A stretch of DNA of 64,000 nt from Planctomycetota bacterium (GCA_031424595.1 JANPHT010000712.1:2572-66571); one strand, 5' to 3'. Shown: positions 1 through 10,349, numbered from the stretch's first letter. Numbers and translations: made by a program. Notes: generated by a model from the letters alone, not told the origin.

Positions 1-1020
1 GTCGATTCGAAGACGAGGAAGAGTCCACCTCAACCAAACCTGCACAAACACACCAAAACTTGCCTTGGACACGAAGACAAACAAGCCAAGGACATTCGCC
101 AAATAACCGCCAACAGCCGAACCTGTGCCATTCACACCAGAATTTCGAGCAGCGTAAAGCGCATCATCGACCGGGCCGATGCCCGTATTCCATCCACCCA
201 GAAACAGAATCGACGCGATCCCGCACACAGCAAACATGCTGGCGTACTCGCCCATGAAGAAGTACGACCAACGCATCCCGCTGTATTCGGTATGAAATCC
301 ACCAACAAGCTCACTCTCAGCCTCCGCAAGGTCGAACGGAGCTCGCTTGCAACTGGCGGTCGCCACAACGAAGTACACAAAAAATGCAATAAAAGTGAAG
401 GGATCGTGAAACAGAAACCAATAACCAAACCACCCTCGCTGCATACCGCCAATTTCTCCAAGATTGAGCGACCCCGCTGCAACCACCGGCACCAGAGCAC
501 AAATTGCGAGAGGAATCTCATAGCTCACCATCTGTGCAGCCTCACGCATGCCCCCAAACAGCGACCATTTTGAACCGCTGGAATAGCCAGCCATGATGAT
601 CCCAAACACCTCCAGCGACAGGATTGCCAGAATGATAAAGAGACCACAATCAGCCGCTACCGCGACCCAGCCGTGACTAAAGGGAAGCACCATAAACGCA
701 GCAAACGAGGCCACGCAGACGACATAGGGAGCCGACCGGAACAACATCGAATCTGCCGCGGAAGGACAGAGGTCCTCCTTCTGAACCAGCTTGATCCCAT
801 CAGCCAGTGACTGCAGCCACCCAAAAAGACCACCCACACGCGTTGGCCCAAGGCGATCCTGAATACGCCCGGAAACTTTCCGCTCCAGCCAAATAAAGGC
901 GAACGGGGAAAGGGCAAAAACATGCACAAGCAGCACCGCGTGAATCACTGCGGCAACCACATACTGCCAACCGCCCAGAAACTGGAAGAACTCGGCGATT
1001 GATTGAGCGGCGAACATCAT
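1..1020 (-). CDS. nuoH: NADH-quinone oxidoreductase subunit H (NuoH/ND1), first 340 codons; the 3' end runs off the left window edge, so it is absent from the supplied ORF track
   Basis: Own translation of the minus strand from ATG-ATG at 1020 gives MMFAAQSIAEFFQFLGGWQYVVAAVIHAVLLVHVFALSPFAFIWLERKVSGRIQDRLGPTRVGGLFGWLQSLADGIKLVQKED... The block ERK-x-x-GR-x-Q-x-R-x-GP-x-x-VG and the later PFDLAEAESELVGGFHTEYSGM are NuoH hallmarks. The frame stays open to position 1. Confidence 0.9.
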   Translation of the reverse strand, partial: MMFAAQSIAEFFQFLGGWQYVVAAVIHAVLLVHVFALSPFAFIWLERKVSGRIQDRLGPTRVGGLFGWLQSLADGIKLVQKEDLCPSAADSMLFRSAPYVVCVASFAAFMVLPFSHGWVAVAADCGLFIILAILSLEVFGIIMAGYSSGSKWSLFGGMREAAQMVSYEIPLAICALVPVVAAGSLNLGEIGGMQRGWFGYWFLFHDPFTFIAFFVYFVVATASCKRAPFDLAEAESELVGGFHTEYSGMRWSYFFMGEYASMFAVCGIASILFLGGWNTGIGPVDDALYAARNSGVNGTGSAVGGYLANVLGLFVFVSKASFGVFVQVWLRWTLPRLRID

Positions 1021-1453
1021 GGATCACACACCCGAATTAACAGACTTAGACAGCTCGAACCAGCTTCAGCCAGGCACGACCCATGCACCCTTACTGGCGA
1101 CGACTTCCACATCGTCGTCGCACGACACTCCCAGGACCCAAATTCCCGCTGCAGCAACCGGCTCCATGAGGACTTCGAGACTATGACAAAACGAATATCT
1201 GTCTGCAACCAACCCGCTTCTTGTTTCCCTGGGACGCCGCCGCTTCTGCATCCTGAGACGAGCCCCCAAAAGGATTCTCGCCGGTGGGAAGCCCTTTTCA
1301 CGGCAGCGGACAGCACAAAGGGGCTATGACCATTGTGTCATCCAACACGAAGCGGCGCATCCAGCACAATCTGGCTAAATGGACGCGCAGTTATGGCCGG
1401 TGTTTAGTGCACGATGAGATCATTCCAATCTCTTGAAGGAATTCGCAATTTCC

Positions 1454-1492
1454 AGTCCCCCTGAATTCGAAGATAGAGGAATCAGGGGGACT
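1454..1492. repeat. Perfect 11-bp inverted repeat (AGTCCCCCTGA / TCAGGGGGACT) with a 17-nt spacer, in the long nuoH-upstream intergenic region
   Basis: Read directly: arms at 1454-1464 and 1482-1492 are exact reverse complements. There is no flanking T-tract, so it is not an obvious terminator. Confidence 0.5.
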
Positions 1493-1756
1493 ATCACAAA
1501 TCACAATTCCCCCGCAAGGGTTTGGCCAAACCAGTCAGAAACTTGTTTGGCTCCAACATCCTCTTGTGAACTAGGGCCAGCTGGCAGAAGAAGTTCTTGA
1601 CTCGCAAATCGCAGGCTGTATCTTCAACTCCAGTTTCCCGAATTCTGTAATTGGCAAAGCTCCCCCTACCCGTCGGCATGATCCTGTCTTGGCGCCGTTC
1701 TAAGCGCAAACACTGGAAATTCACTTCGGCCCCAAGGTCGCATCAGAGGCAACTCA

Positions 1757-3349
1757 ATGGCAGCGAAAGACAGTAACAGCCTGGTGATCTCCCTCTCAAT
1801 CTTTGTCCTGCTGGCGGTAGGTCTTGGGGTGGCTTGGTATTTCACCTGGGATCACAGCGCTGATTTGACTCGCCAATTGGCTGAATCGACCACAGCAGAA
1901 ACCAATTCCAAACAAGTCATTCAAGGCCTTCAGGCCGAAGTCACGTCCCTGAAGGAACTGATTGGGGTTCCGGGATCAACGGACGAAGTTGTTTCAGGAA
2001 CGAAAGCATCGATCGCCTTGCGTGCTGGTGACGGTTCTGCGGCTGCTCGGCCTCTTGAAGACGCCATGACAAAAAATGCTGTTGATCGCGATATTAACTC
2101 CATGGCAGCCACGGATCGCCTGGTGCAGACGAATACGAAAATCGCAGAGCTGAACAACCTTGTGGCCACTCACGAGGCAGCGATGAAGTCCTTAATGGAT
2201 CAGGTGAAAAAGAAAGAGACCGAGCTCCTCGACAAAGAACGCATTCATGGCGAGCAACTCGCTCAGCGAGAAAAACAGATCGATGAAACGAAAGCCCAGT
2301 TAACGGCCGTTCAGGATGAGTACGCAACCTTCCGCACCACAAAGGAACGCGAAACAGAAGACCAGAACCGCGAAATCACGCAGCAGCGAACGGCCTTGAT
2401 TACTCTGCGTCGTGAAAAAATGAAGCTGGAAGGACTGACGTTCGAACGTCCCGATGGGTCTCTCACGTTCGTGGATCAGAATGCCCTTTCATGCTACGTG
2501 GACATCGGCAAACGTGACGAGCTGCGAGTGGGCACGACATTCTCAGTGTATTCAAAGAACAACAGCGGTGTTGGTCGCAGCCAGAGTGATAAAGATCTGA
2601 AAGGCAAGATTGAGATCGTGGGCTTGCTCGGTGATCACCTCGCCGAAGCCAGAATTGTTGACCAGAAGACCAGTGATCCTCTGGCACAAGGCGATCCCAT
2701 CTATTCTCCGCTTTTCTGGCCTGGCCAGAAACTTCAAATTGCCGTCGTTGGATTGCTGGATTTTGACGGGAACCCTGGCAGCGATCGTGATGAGTTCAAG
2801 AGAATCGTAAGCGGTGCCGGTGCTGAAATTGCCGTGGAAGTGAATGACGACGGTAAAATCTTCGGGGCTATTGGCGAAGAACTGGCTGTCGCAGACATCG
2901 AGACTCGAATCACGTCATCAACACGATTCCTGCTAATCGGTGACTTGGGTGATGAAGACACGGCAGACACCGCTCAAAAAGAGATTTTCAACCGGATTCG
3001 ATCTAACAAGGAAAAGATGATCAAGGCTGCTGAGAACAACGGGGTCTACGTGCTAAGCCTGTCCAGCTTTCTGGACTATATCGGCTACACGAGCAAGCGA
3101 CTGGTCTTTACTCCCACGAAGGAGTTTCCAGGAGTCCTGGCCAATGGAGCAAGAAGCCGATCTGTCAACACCGCAGCCAACGCTAAACAGAATGCCGGCG
3201 ATAACAGTGAACTGCGGCTGAATTCTCGTGTTTCCAATGGATCAACAAGCAAGCTTTACTATCAGGCGTATCGCGATAAGCGAATTCAGCCACTTGTTTC
3301 AAACGGCACGACAAGCAAACTGCACTCAGCACCCAGCCAGGCTGAGTAA
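1757..3349 (+). CDS. Hypothetical membrane-anchored coiled-coil protein (N-terminal TM helix, about 200-residue coiled coil, C-terminal globular region)
   Basis: 530-aa ORF. It has the TM segment LVISLSIFVLLAVGLGVAWYF, a long heptad-like Q/E/K/L-rich stretch (aa about 40-225) and then a mixed beta/alpha region. A strong terminator follows it. I recognise no catalytic motif. Confidence 0.7.
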   Translation: MAAKDSNSLVISLSIFVLLAVGLGVAWYFTWDHSADLTRQLAESTTAETNSKQVIQGLQAEVTSLKELIGVPGSTDEVVSGTKASIALRAGDGSAAARPLEDAMTKNAVDRDINSMAATDRLVQTNTKIAELNNLVATHEAAMKSLMDQVKKKETELLDKERIHGEQLAQREKQIDETKAQLTAVQDEYATFRTTKERETEDQNREITQQRTALITLRREKMKLEGLTFERPDGSLTFVDQNALSCYVDIGKRDELRVGTTFSVYSKNNSGVGRSQSDKDLKGKIEIVGLLGDHLAEARIVDQKTSDPLAQGDPIYSPLFWPGQKLQIAVVGLLDFDGNPGSDRDEFKRIVSGAGAEIAVEVNDDGKIFGAIGEELAVADIETRITSSTRFLLIGDLGDEDTADTAQKEIFNRIRSNKEKMIKAAENNGVYVLSLSSFLDYIGYTSKRLVFTPTKEFPGVLANGARSRSVNTAANAKQNAGDNSELRLNSRVSNGSTSKLYYQAYRDKRIQPLVSNGTTSKLHSAPSQAE

Positions 3350-3374
3350 CAGTTAGCGTGTTCAATGATTTCAG

Positions 3375-3413
3375 AAAAGGCGTCTCAACAGTGAATTGTT
3401 GATACGCCTTTTT
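3375..3413. terminator. Bidirectional intrinsic terminator between convergent genes (1757-3349 on + and coaX on -)
   Basis: AAAAGGCGT-c-TCAACA-gtgaat-TGTTGA-t-ACGCCTTTTT: two stacked perfect stems (9 bp and 6 bp), flanked by an A-tract upstream and a T-tract downstream. Confidence 0.75.
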
Positions 3414-3420
3414 CGTTTGT

Positions 3421-4227
3421 TCATTCCCGTAAACTCAGCAATGCCAGGCCGTGAAGCGGCAAGCTGTCGATGTACCGGGCTTCTGGAAGGTGAGCGACTA
3501 ATTGGCGTCCGCCTCCTCCTGTCACAAAGACCTGAGGAACCAAAATCTCCCCAAACGTCTGTCTTGAGGAAATCGCCAGCCGCGCACACAGCTCTCGAAC
3601 GGCACCGAGCTGCCCGATGAATAGTCCTGCTCGCATCGCAGCCTCCGTGTTTCGACCAGGAACTTCCGGCAAGTCCTGTCGCTCGTCATCGACATTCAGG
3701 ACCGGCAGACGTGCCGTGTAATCATGCATCGCCTGCGCCGAAAGTCGCAACCCGGGCAGAATGCTGCCACCACGAAAAACGCTATTTGAAGTCATCAGGT
3801 CCACTGTCGTCGCGGTGCCGGAATCAACCACGATCACAGGCCGACTGTTTTCCTGCAGACGGCTGGCGGCAAAGACATTCAGCAGCCGGTCCACGCCAAC
3901 TCTCCCCGGAACATCGACGTCCATTCCAATCGGGATCTGCTGATAACCGCTGATGACTGTCGGTGTACAACCAAGCAGCGGCCACGAGTCGAGAATCTGA
4001 TCTCGAGTCTCGGGATCGCTCCCCGCAATCATGGCGATGCGGGGAAGCGAAACGCCCTGCAACCGCCACCAATCGTACAAGGCAGCAGCAAGGTCAGCCG
4101 TCTCGGTGAGAACACGCGCGACTATTCCAAGCGGCTCCGTTCCGCCGTTTTCCAATAACCCGAAAAGCCCAAACTTTGCCCGAGTATTTCCTACGTCAAC
4201 CGCAAGAACCAGATTGGCAACTGTCAT
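3421..4227 (-). CDS. coaX: Type III pantothenate kinase
   Basis: N-terminal LAVDVGNTRAKFGLF (DxGNT), VVDSGTATTVD and FVTGGGG motifs. The 268-aa length is typical of CoaX. Confidence 0.9.
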   Translation of the reverse strand: MTVANLVLAVDVGNTRAKFGLFGLLENGGTEPLGIVARVLTETADLAAALYDWWRLQGVSLPRIAMIAGSDPETRDQILDSWPLLGCTPTVISGYQQIPIGMDVDVPGRVGVDRLLNVFAASRLQENSRPVIVVDSGTATTVDLMTSNSVFRGGSILPGLRLSAQAMHDYTARLPVLNVDDERQDLPEVPGRNTEAAMRAGLFIGQLGAVRELCARLAISSRQTFGEILVPQVFVTGGGGRQLVAHLPEARYIDSLPLHGLALLSLRE

Positions 4228-4233
4228 GAGGAA

Positions 4234-5202
4234 CTATTTCTTTTCTCGAGCAGCAGCGCGAGTGATCCATGTTTCCGGATCCTCTTCGAACGCCGCTTTG
4301 CATCCGCTGCAACACACCCAATAAGACCGACCTTTGTAGGTCACTTCAGTCGTTCCGAGCCCCTCCGAAATAATACACGTCTTTTCTGCGTAATCTGTGT
4401 CACTAAGAGCAAACGAAGTTCCCTCGCGCTGAGTGGAAACGGTGTCGTACCTCGCAAAATCGGCATTGCCACGTCGCTTGGCAATTTCCAGCAGATAGCG
4501 ATTATTTTCCTGCTGAGCAAACGCCAACTGCCAAAACTCGCTGCCTTCAGTACCAGCATCCTGATTCAACTCCAGTCGAAACACCTTATGCAGCTTGTCG
4601 TCACCGCCCACGATTTCGTGGACAGGCTCGGCGAAATCTCCTGTGTACTTTCTCTCTGTCCCGGCAGCATCCGTGGATGTAAGAATGAATTTCTGTCGTT
4701 CAACGTCCCAACTCAGTCGACCTTTCTTAAGGTACGGACTCTTGTCGGATTCGATCGTCAACGCTGGTCTCTTCGCGTCTGTTCTTAAATCCCAAACCCA
4801 CTCGTGATTATCGACGGCCTTGAAGTTCTGGAACTCACGGCGAGTTGTCCCTCGCCACTGACCCAATAGAATCTGAAGCGGTTGTAGATGACTAATGATG
4901 GTTTGGATCTGTTTCTCAGTATCTTCCTGGCTGCCACTGCCGGAATTCGCGCCTCCTGCACCAGAGCCATCTGTAAGACCACTCAGTTTCAACGGCTTTA
5001 GTTCGAACTTCCTGTCAGACGTTGCCGGACCTGGATCTGCCTGAGCAACCACCGCACCAGCAACTTCTGGAACCGTCGCTGTCACCTGCGAATGACTGGC
5101 CGGCGCAGATGATTGTTCTACGCAACCTGCAGCGGCGATGAGGCTAACGATGCCAAGCTTGTACACGTTCAACGAGTGCCGTTTTCGCATTCCTGTTTTC
5201 AT
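4234..5202 (-). CDS. Lipoprotein with a C-terminal YHS/TRASH-like Cys motif
   Basis: Lipobox LIAAAGC at the N-terminus. The C-terminal TYKGRSYWVCCSGCKAAFEEDPETW resembles the YHS-domain pattern (Y-x-G-x-x-Y-x-x-C-x-x-x-C-x-x-x-F-x-x-x-P). Confidence 0.7.
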   Translation of the reverse strand: MKTGMRKRHSLNVYKLGIVSLIAAAGCVEQSSAPASHSQVTATVPEVAGAVVAQADPGPATSDRKFELKPLKLSGLTDGSGAGGANSGSGSQEDTEKQIQTIISHLQPLQILLGQWRGTTRREFQNFKAVDNHEWVWDLRTDAKRPALTIESDKSPYLKKGRLSWDVERQKFILTSTDAAGTERKYTGDFAEPVHEIVGGDDKLHKVFRLELNQDAGTEGSEFWQLAFAQQENNRYLLEIAKRRGNADFARYDTVSTQREGTSFALSDTDYAEKTCIISEGLGTTEVTYKGRSYWVCCSGCKAAFEEDPETWITRAAAREKK

Positions 5203-5503
5203 CCTGATTCGTATCGACGATCAAACGATCCACGCAGGCGGATTCGCTTCACTTCATTCTTTCAGGACAGGTAGACGGTGTCTACTGCGTTTTACTTAGA
5301 AAGAAGTCGCTCTCTCGTAACTGCTGAATACTGCACATGGATCGAAGCAAGGCAGTCAATCCTGAGCAACTTTGGTCTGATCACTTTTCATTTAGCCGTG
5401 TTCGTCACACGATACGACAGATACTTGCGGCACATGCCGTTTCACTGAGGCAGCCGGCCTCGTTTCGGAGTTTCTCGATCGAATCGGAAAGGACCAGTTC
5501 ACT

Positions 5504-6193
5504 ATGTTGCGATTTTCTCTACTCAGCTTGACGTTGCTAGCCTTGCTAGCCTTTTCCTCTTTGCCATTGGCGAAGGCGGAGGACAAATGGGTCAGTTTGT
5601 TTGATGGCAAGACCCTGGACGGCTGGAAAGTTGCCTCGCACGGCAAGGCCAAATACGAGGTCAAGGACGGGACTATCCACGGAATCACCATGGAGGGTAG
5701 CCCAAATACTTTTCTCGCAAGCGAAAAAGAGTATGGCGATTTTGAATTGGAGTTCGAGGTCAAGGTTCACGACAAACTGAATTCCGGTGTTCAGATTCGT
5801 TCTCGCGAAAAAGCAGACGCGGATGTGGATGCCAACAAACAAGGACTTGGCGTCTTCCATGGTCCACAAGTGGAAATCGAAGCAGGACCCGGAAAAGCTG
5901 GCTACGTCTACGGTGAATCAACAAAGTACGGATGGTTGTCGCCAGAACCTAAGAATGACCCAAAGCTGACTCACGATTTCTTCAAGAACGGTGAATGGAA
6001 CAAATACCGGATCGTTGCGAAGGGGCCTCAGATTCAGACCTGGATCAATGGCCACCAGGTGGCAGATCTGACTCATGAAGAGATTTACAAGACCCACCCC
6101 AAAGGTCACATTGGTCTGCAGGTTCACGGCATCGCTGCGGGAACAGGCCCCTACGATGTCGCATGGCGAAACATCCGCATTATGGAACACTAA
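5504..6193 (+). CDS. DUF1080 (3-keto-disaccharide hydrolase-like) family secreted protein
   Basis: Signal peptide, then WVSLFDGKTLDGWK, HIGLQVHG and a C-terminal VAWRNIRI. This is the characteristic DUF1080 pattern. Confidence 0.88.
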   Translation: MLRFSLLSLTLLALLAFSSLPLAKAEDKWVSLFDGKTLDGWKVASHGKAKYEVKDGTIHGITMEGSPNTFLASEKEYGDFELEFEVKVHDKLNSGVQIRSREKADADVDANKQGLGVFHGPQVEIEAGPGKAGYVYGESTKYGWLSPEPKNDPKLTHDFFKNGEWNKYRIVAKGPQIQTWINGHQVADLTHEEIYKTHPKGHIGLQVHGIAAGTGPYDVAWRNIRIMEH

Positions 6194-6274
6194 AGATGCC
6201 CGAGAAGTTGGTCGCCGGACACTCCATGGCGTGAACCTCCTCCGGGAATTACAGAACTCAGAGTGTTCGGCGTC

Positions 6275-7159
6275 TCAAAATCGCAACGTCGCAGTGACCG
6301 GAAAGTGATCCGACAATCGCTCCGTTGCTGTATCCCGCAGAATTCTGGCTGACGTCACCTGTGGCAATAGATTCGGAGACACAAAAATGTAATCAAGCCG
6401 TCGATCAGTCCCATGATCCTCAGCGGCCACCAGCGGTGAGGGAAATGTTCCAACAAACGAACTGCCATTATCCCGAGCCTGATCAATCAGATCGACATAC
6501 CCTTGCGCAAGGATCGCGTCGAGTCCTCCATAGTCGATTCTTCCCCCATTCAGGTTTCTCGCCCCGGCATCGCGCTGGTCCAGCATTTGAAAGAACGGAA
6601 TCAGCTTTGCATCTGACTCATATCGAATACGGTCAGAAGGTGAAAATCCGTTGAAGTCACCGGCTAGAACAATTCGCGGATCGGCCTCTGGCAGAGACTC
6701 CACATCGGTCTTCAGAATTGCCGCTTCTTCGATTCGTCGAGCATAGTTTGAAGGGTGAAAATGAATCACATAGAACCAAATCCCCCGGATGCGACACCGC
6801 AGAAGACCATGGTGCATCCCATCCTGAATTTTGCGGACGTCCGAAATTGGAAACCGGGAAGTGATCCCTGTTGGAAATCCATCTTGCTTAAGCAAAACTG
6901 AATAATGATGCCCCCAGACTTTGGCGTCAGCAGCCAGTTTCTCGGGCGTGTAGCCGTTCAGTTCCTGAAGCGACACAACATCGGGAGATTCAGCGATCAT
7001 CCACTTGAGCCACTCTGAATGCCGGGGCTCTGACTTCCTGGTAAACCCATACCAGACATTGTGCGTCATGATTTTCAGTGAAGGCCTGCTGTCATCGGCG
7101 TTTGTTGTGCCGCAACTGCTCAGCAACAGCAGAATGAGGAAGATCTTCCGAGTGATCAT
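6275..7159 (-). CDS. Endonuclease/exonuclease/phosphatase (EEP) family protein, secreted
   Basis: Signal peptide; KIMTHNVWYGF near the N-terminus, VLAGDFNG, and a C-terminal RLSDHFPVTATL. These are EEP catalytic motifs. Confidence 0.88.
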   Translation of the reverse strand: MITRKIFLILLLLSSCGTTNADDSRPSLKIMTHNVWYGFTRKSEPRHSEWLKWMIAESPDVVSLQELNGYTPEKLAADAKVWGHHYSVLLKQDGFPTGITSRFPISDVRKIQDGMHHGLLRCRIRGIWFYVIHFHPSNYARRIEEAAILKTDVESLPEADPRIVLAGDFNGFSPSDRIRYESDAKLIPFFQMLDQRDAGARNLNGGRIDYGGLDAILAQGYVDLIDQARDNGSSFVGTFPSPLVAAEDHGTDRRLDYIFVSPNLLPQVTSARILRDTATERLSDHFPVTATLRF

Positions 7160-7264
7160 CTGAAGGTTCTCTCAAAACAAGGACAAAGAACTTTTGCAGC
7201 CTCTGGCAAGCTGTCAGCACCGCGTTTGTATTAAGTGACGCCGACCGGCTTACTGTCATCGGAA

Positions 7265-8569
7265 CTATGGCTGTGAATGACTGATCGACGAAAAGACCAG
7301 GCCGCTCGGAACGTAGGGATGAACCTGAACAGATTCTTCCGGAAACGTGTGTCCTGACATGGCCCCTGCAATCAGTGTCGCCGCATTCATTGCAGGCTCC
7401 ACAATGACCAGCCCGCCAGCCTTTGAATGCAGCAGCCGATTCAGGAATCCAGCCAACCCATTTCCTGACAGCGTCCCGCGCTGACAGACCAGTCGATCCG
7501 GGACGGAAGTTTGTTCACTCACGAGTCGAGAAATCTGTTTCACCAGAGAGTTCGAACTCCTATCTTCCAGGACGGCCGCACGGGAAACGATCATCCACAC
7601 ACCATCGCAGGTTCCCACGGCAACACACGGCTGCTGCGAGCTTAGTCTGGCGAGTTCTGTCGCATCTTCGCCGGCGGCAGGTTCGGTTCCCACAAAATGG
7701 CAGATCAGCTCATGTGAAAGCAGTTGCCGAAGTTGTTCTCCTGAGAGGACCGTCGAAGCCGGATGAAGCCACATTTGCGGAAGGATTTCCAGGCCTGGGT
7801 CATCCGCAGGGATCAAGCACACCAGAGTTGTTTGCGATGGATCATTGGGATCCTCCGCGATGTTTCGTTCTCGGTTCGAAATGGCTGCGAGATATTCGTT
7901 CATTCCACTCACCACAAATGCGGTAAGATTTGCGATGCGGCTTGCCAATTCCGTTCGTCCAGTTTGATGGGTCATGGGCCACATACGATGACGCGTTCCG
8001 TCATCCTCGATGCATTCGATAGGCGGCATCTGCCGCACGAGGGTCTCAAAATGGTCGGACAGACTGCGATCATCGGAATCTGCTCCCGTTGTATCTTCCA
8101 GCAGCGCGACAACGGGAATCAAACTGGCTTTGCAGACTCGCCGCAGCTCCGCAAGCTCAGCAGCTCTTTGAGACTCACCCGCCACAACAGAAACAATGTC
8201 TGCTGTTCGGGCCGACGAATCTGGAAGTCGCAAACGAGCAATTACGCTCCATCGTGACCTTGTCTCTGAAGCAAATTGGTAGCTGGTTTCAATAATATAA
8301 AAGGCGGATTCATGTTCACGAAGCAGTACCCCTTCTCGCTTCCAGAGCCGCCAGAAATCACTGGCTCGAGACGAACGATCTGTTGGTGAAGTATCTCCGG
8401 GCTCATCACGATTCATCACCAGTCGCACGGCGTTGCACGGATGCTGGCGGTAAAGTGTTCGCTGAAGGGCTTCGTCCACGAGAGCGGACGGAGGGCAAGT
8501 AACCTCGGACAAAGCGCCAACCTGACTGAGATCATATCTCCAGCCTGCAAACGGCAATATTTGAACCAT
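7265..8569 (-). CDS. DUF1015 family protein (start moved from 8608 to ATG 8569)
   Basis: MVQILPFAGWRYD... followed by CPPSALVDE (PPYD-like). This matches the conserved DUF1015 N-terminus (x-PF-x-x-x-RY). Confidence 0.75.
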   Translation of the reverse strand: MVQILPFAGWRYDLSQVGALSEVTCPPSALVDEALQRTLYRQHPCNAVRLVMNRDEPGDTSPTDRSSRASDFWRLWKREGVLLREHESAFYIIETSYQFASETRSRWSVIARLRLPDSSARTADIVSVVAGESQRAAELAELRRVCKASLIPVVALLEDTTGADSDDRSLSDHFETLVRQMPPIECIEDDGTRHRMWPMTHQTGRTELASRIANLTAFVVSGMNEYLAAISNRERNIAEDPNDPSQTTLVCLIPADDPGLEILPQMWLHPASTVLSGEQLRQLLSHELICHFVGTEPAAGEDATELARLSSQQPCVAVGTCDGVWMIVSRAAVLEDRSSNSLVKQISRLVSEQTSVPDRLVCQRGTLSGNGLAGFLNRLLHSKAGGLVIVEPAMNAATLIAGAMSGHTFPEESVQVHPYVPSGLVFSSISHSQP

Positions 8570-8918
8570 GTAATGAACGTCACCTTTCCAAAGCCACTCA
8601 ACGCACATTTGTCAACGCGACGATAGTATATCAGTGTCGTCCCTCAATCTCCAAACACTGCCTGAGCTTTGCCAGTCGGAGAATCATCAACGGCCTGTTG
8701 GCTGCTGCAACCCTACATCTACAACTTCGTCCAGCTACGGAGCAGCAATGGTCTTCCAACGACAACGGGTGAGGCATCAAACGTGTCCGCGATGAAATTC
8801 TTTGACAAAATCTCTGTCGCGGAATCATCACGAATCACAACGGTCATTCCTTCGCGACCGACAAAATAGTTCCGTCACGATGAGCCCATACAGGGGAATT
8901 AGAGGCAGTCACCATCCA

Positions 8919-10349
8919 TCAGAATAGTTCTGCAATCACATTCCCTTCGGCCAGCAAATCGTAAGGTCGGTTCTGACTGTCGAAAGCCTGCAGATCGTGA
9001 ATACCCATGGCATGATAAACGGTCTTCGTGATATCCGCCGGCGTCAGTGGTTTGTCCGATGGGTACTCGCCATAGCGATCGCTGGACCCATAGGTCTGTC
9101 CACCGCGAATGCCTCCGCCGGCCATGACGTCGGTCAGACAGTGAGTCCAGTGGTCGCGTCCAGCACCGCTCACGCCGCCAGAACGAGGATCGCCGATCTT
9201 TGGTTTGCGACCCATTTCACTGGTGACCAGCAGGAGAGTTTCGCTGAGCATTCCTCGATCGGCAAGGTCTTCCACAAGCGCTGAAAAGCCACGATCAAAC
9301 TGTGGCAGAAGGTCGTCTTTGAGGCAGCCGAAATTATTCCCATGAGTATCCCAGCCGCCTCCGCTCGCACACTTGCGAGCTTCGGCCGCTTTTTCATCGC
9401 CCTTCCAGAAGACGGTCACGAAAGGCACGCCTGCTTCCACAAGCCGCCGGGCAAGCAGCAGGCTGGTTCCGTTGATTCCTTCACCATATCGCTGCCGCAC
9501 GGATGCCGGTTCGCTGGAGACATCGAAGGCTTCCGTCGTGCCGGATGTCATCAACAGCGACATCGCACGATCCTGCTGACGACTCCACTTCTGAACTTTG
9601 GCGTACTGATCAAACTGACGATGGGCGGCATCAATTTCACGGAGTAACGATCCGCGATGAGTCAATCGACTCTGAGTCACATCGCCCTCCAGCACCAGAG
9701 CCGGAGCCTGAAACTTTAGTGGCGTTTCGCGAGTTCCGTCTATGTACAAAGGATCGAATTCGATTCCCAGGCGTGCTGAGAATTGTCCAGGTCGAGTATA
9801 CGCTGGCGCGCCTTCCATGTGGGGCAGGGTAACGGCATTCGTCAGATGCGGATGTGGCGGTCGTTTCGCAGCCACGACGGATCCCATGTAGGGCCAGTCC
9901 GATGGATACGGAGTTCTGTTATTTCCGAGCGAAAGAAATGTTGGATCAGGGACGTGACCTGTCAAGTTGTAATAGTAGCCAGCATGATGATCATTCGTGC
10001 TGACTGTACTTCCGATCGAATTGATCAGGGCCAGGTGATGAGCCTGTCGTGCGAGCATCGGCAGGTGTTCGCTGAGCATGACTCCCGGAGCGGACGTGGT
10101 GATCGGCTGAAATGGCCCGCGATACTCCTGCGGTGCATTGGGCTTCATGTCCCACAGATCCAGATGCGATGCACCGCCGCTGAGAAAAAACAGGATCGTG
10201 GACTTGGCGATACCATCACGCCGACCAGACTCTGTTGCACCTTTGACAACTCCAGGATTTCCGAATGAGAACCCTGCGAAGCCAACGCCTGACGCCACCA
10301 GAAACGAACGGCGAGAGCGGCAATCAGCAGCGTTCGAGGGCGTGGGCAT
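8919..10349 (-). CDS. DUF1501 domain protein (sulfatase-like, Tat-exported)
   Basis: Twin-arginine signal CRSRRSFLVASGVGFAG, FFLSGGASHLDLWDMKP and GAGRDHW motifs. Confidence 0.9.
   Translation of the reverse strand: MPTPSNAADCRSRRSFLVASGVGFAGFSFGNPGVVKGATESGRRDGIAKSTILFFLSGGASHLDLWDMKPNAPQEYRGPFQPITTSAPGVMLSEHLPMLARQAHHLALINSIGSTVSTNDHHAGYYYNLTGHVPDPTFLSLGNNRTPYPSDWPYMGSVVAAKRPPHPHLTNAVTLPHMEGAPAYTRPGQFSARLGIEFDPLYIDGTRETPLKFQAPALVLEGDVTQSRLTHRGSLLREIDAAHRQFDQYAKVQKWSRQQDRAMSLLMTSGTTEAFDVSSEPASVRQRYGEGINGTSLLLARRLVEAGVPFVTVFWKGDEKAAEARKCASGGGWDTHGNNFGCLKDDLLPQFDRGFSALVEDLADRGMLSETLLLVTSEMGRKPKIGDPRSGGVSGAGRDHWTHCLTDVMAGGGIRGGQTYGSSDRYGEYPSDKPLTPADITKTVYHAMGIHDLQAFDSQNRPYDLLAEGNVIAELF

Noticed and set aside
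1003-1724. Small ORFs upstream of nuoH (1003-1329 +, 1017-1316 -, 1066-1269 -, 1494-1724 -)
   Set aside because: They have no recognisable motifs, overlap one another in different frames, and have Arg/Cys/Ser/Trp-rich composition. I treated the region as non-coding.
7423-8257. Plus-strand ORFs (167 and 164 aa) opposite the DUF1015 gene, and similar antisense ORFs inside mfd, the inverse autotransporter, the DUF1501 genes and the sulfatase
   Set aside because: All are nested antisense or out of frame within longer ORFs that carry clear family motifs.
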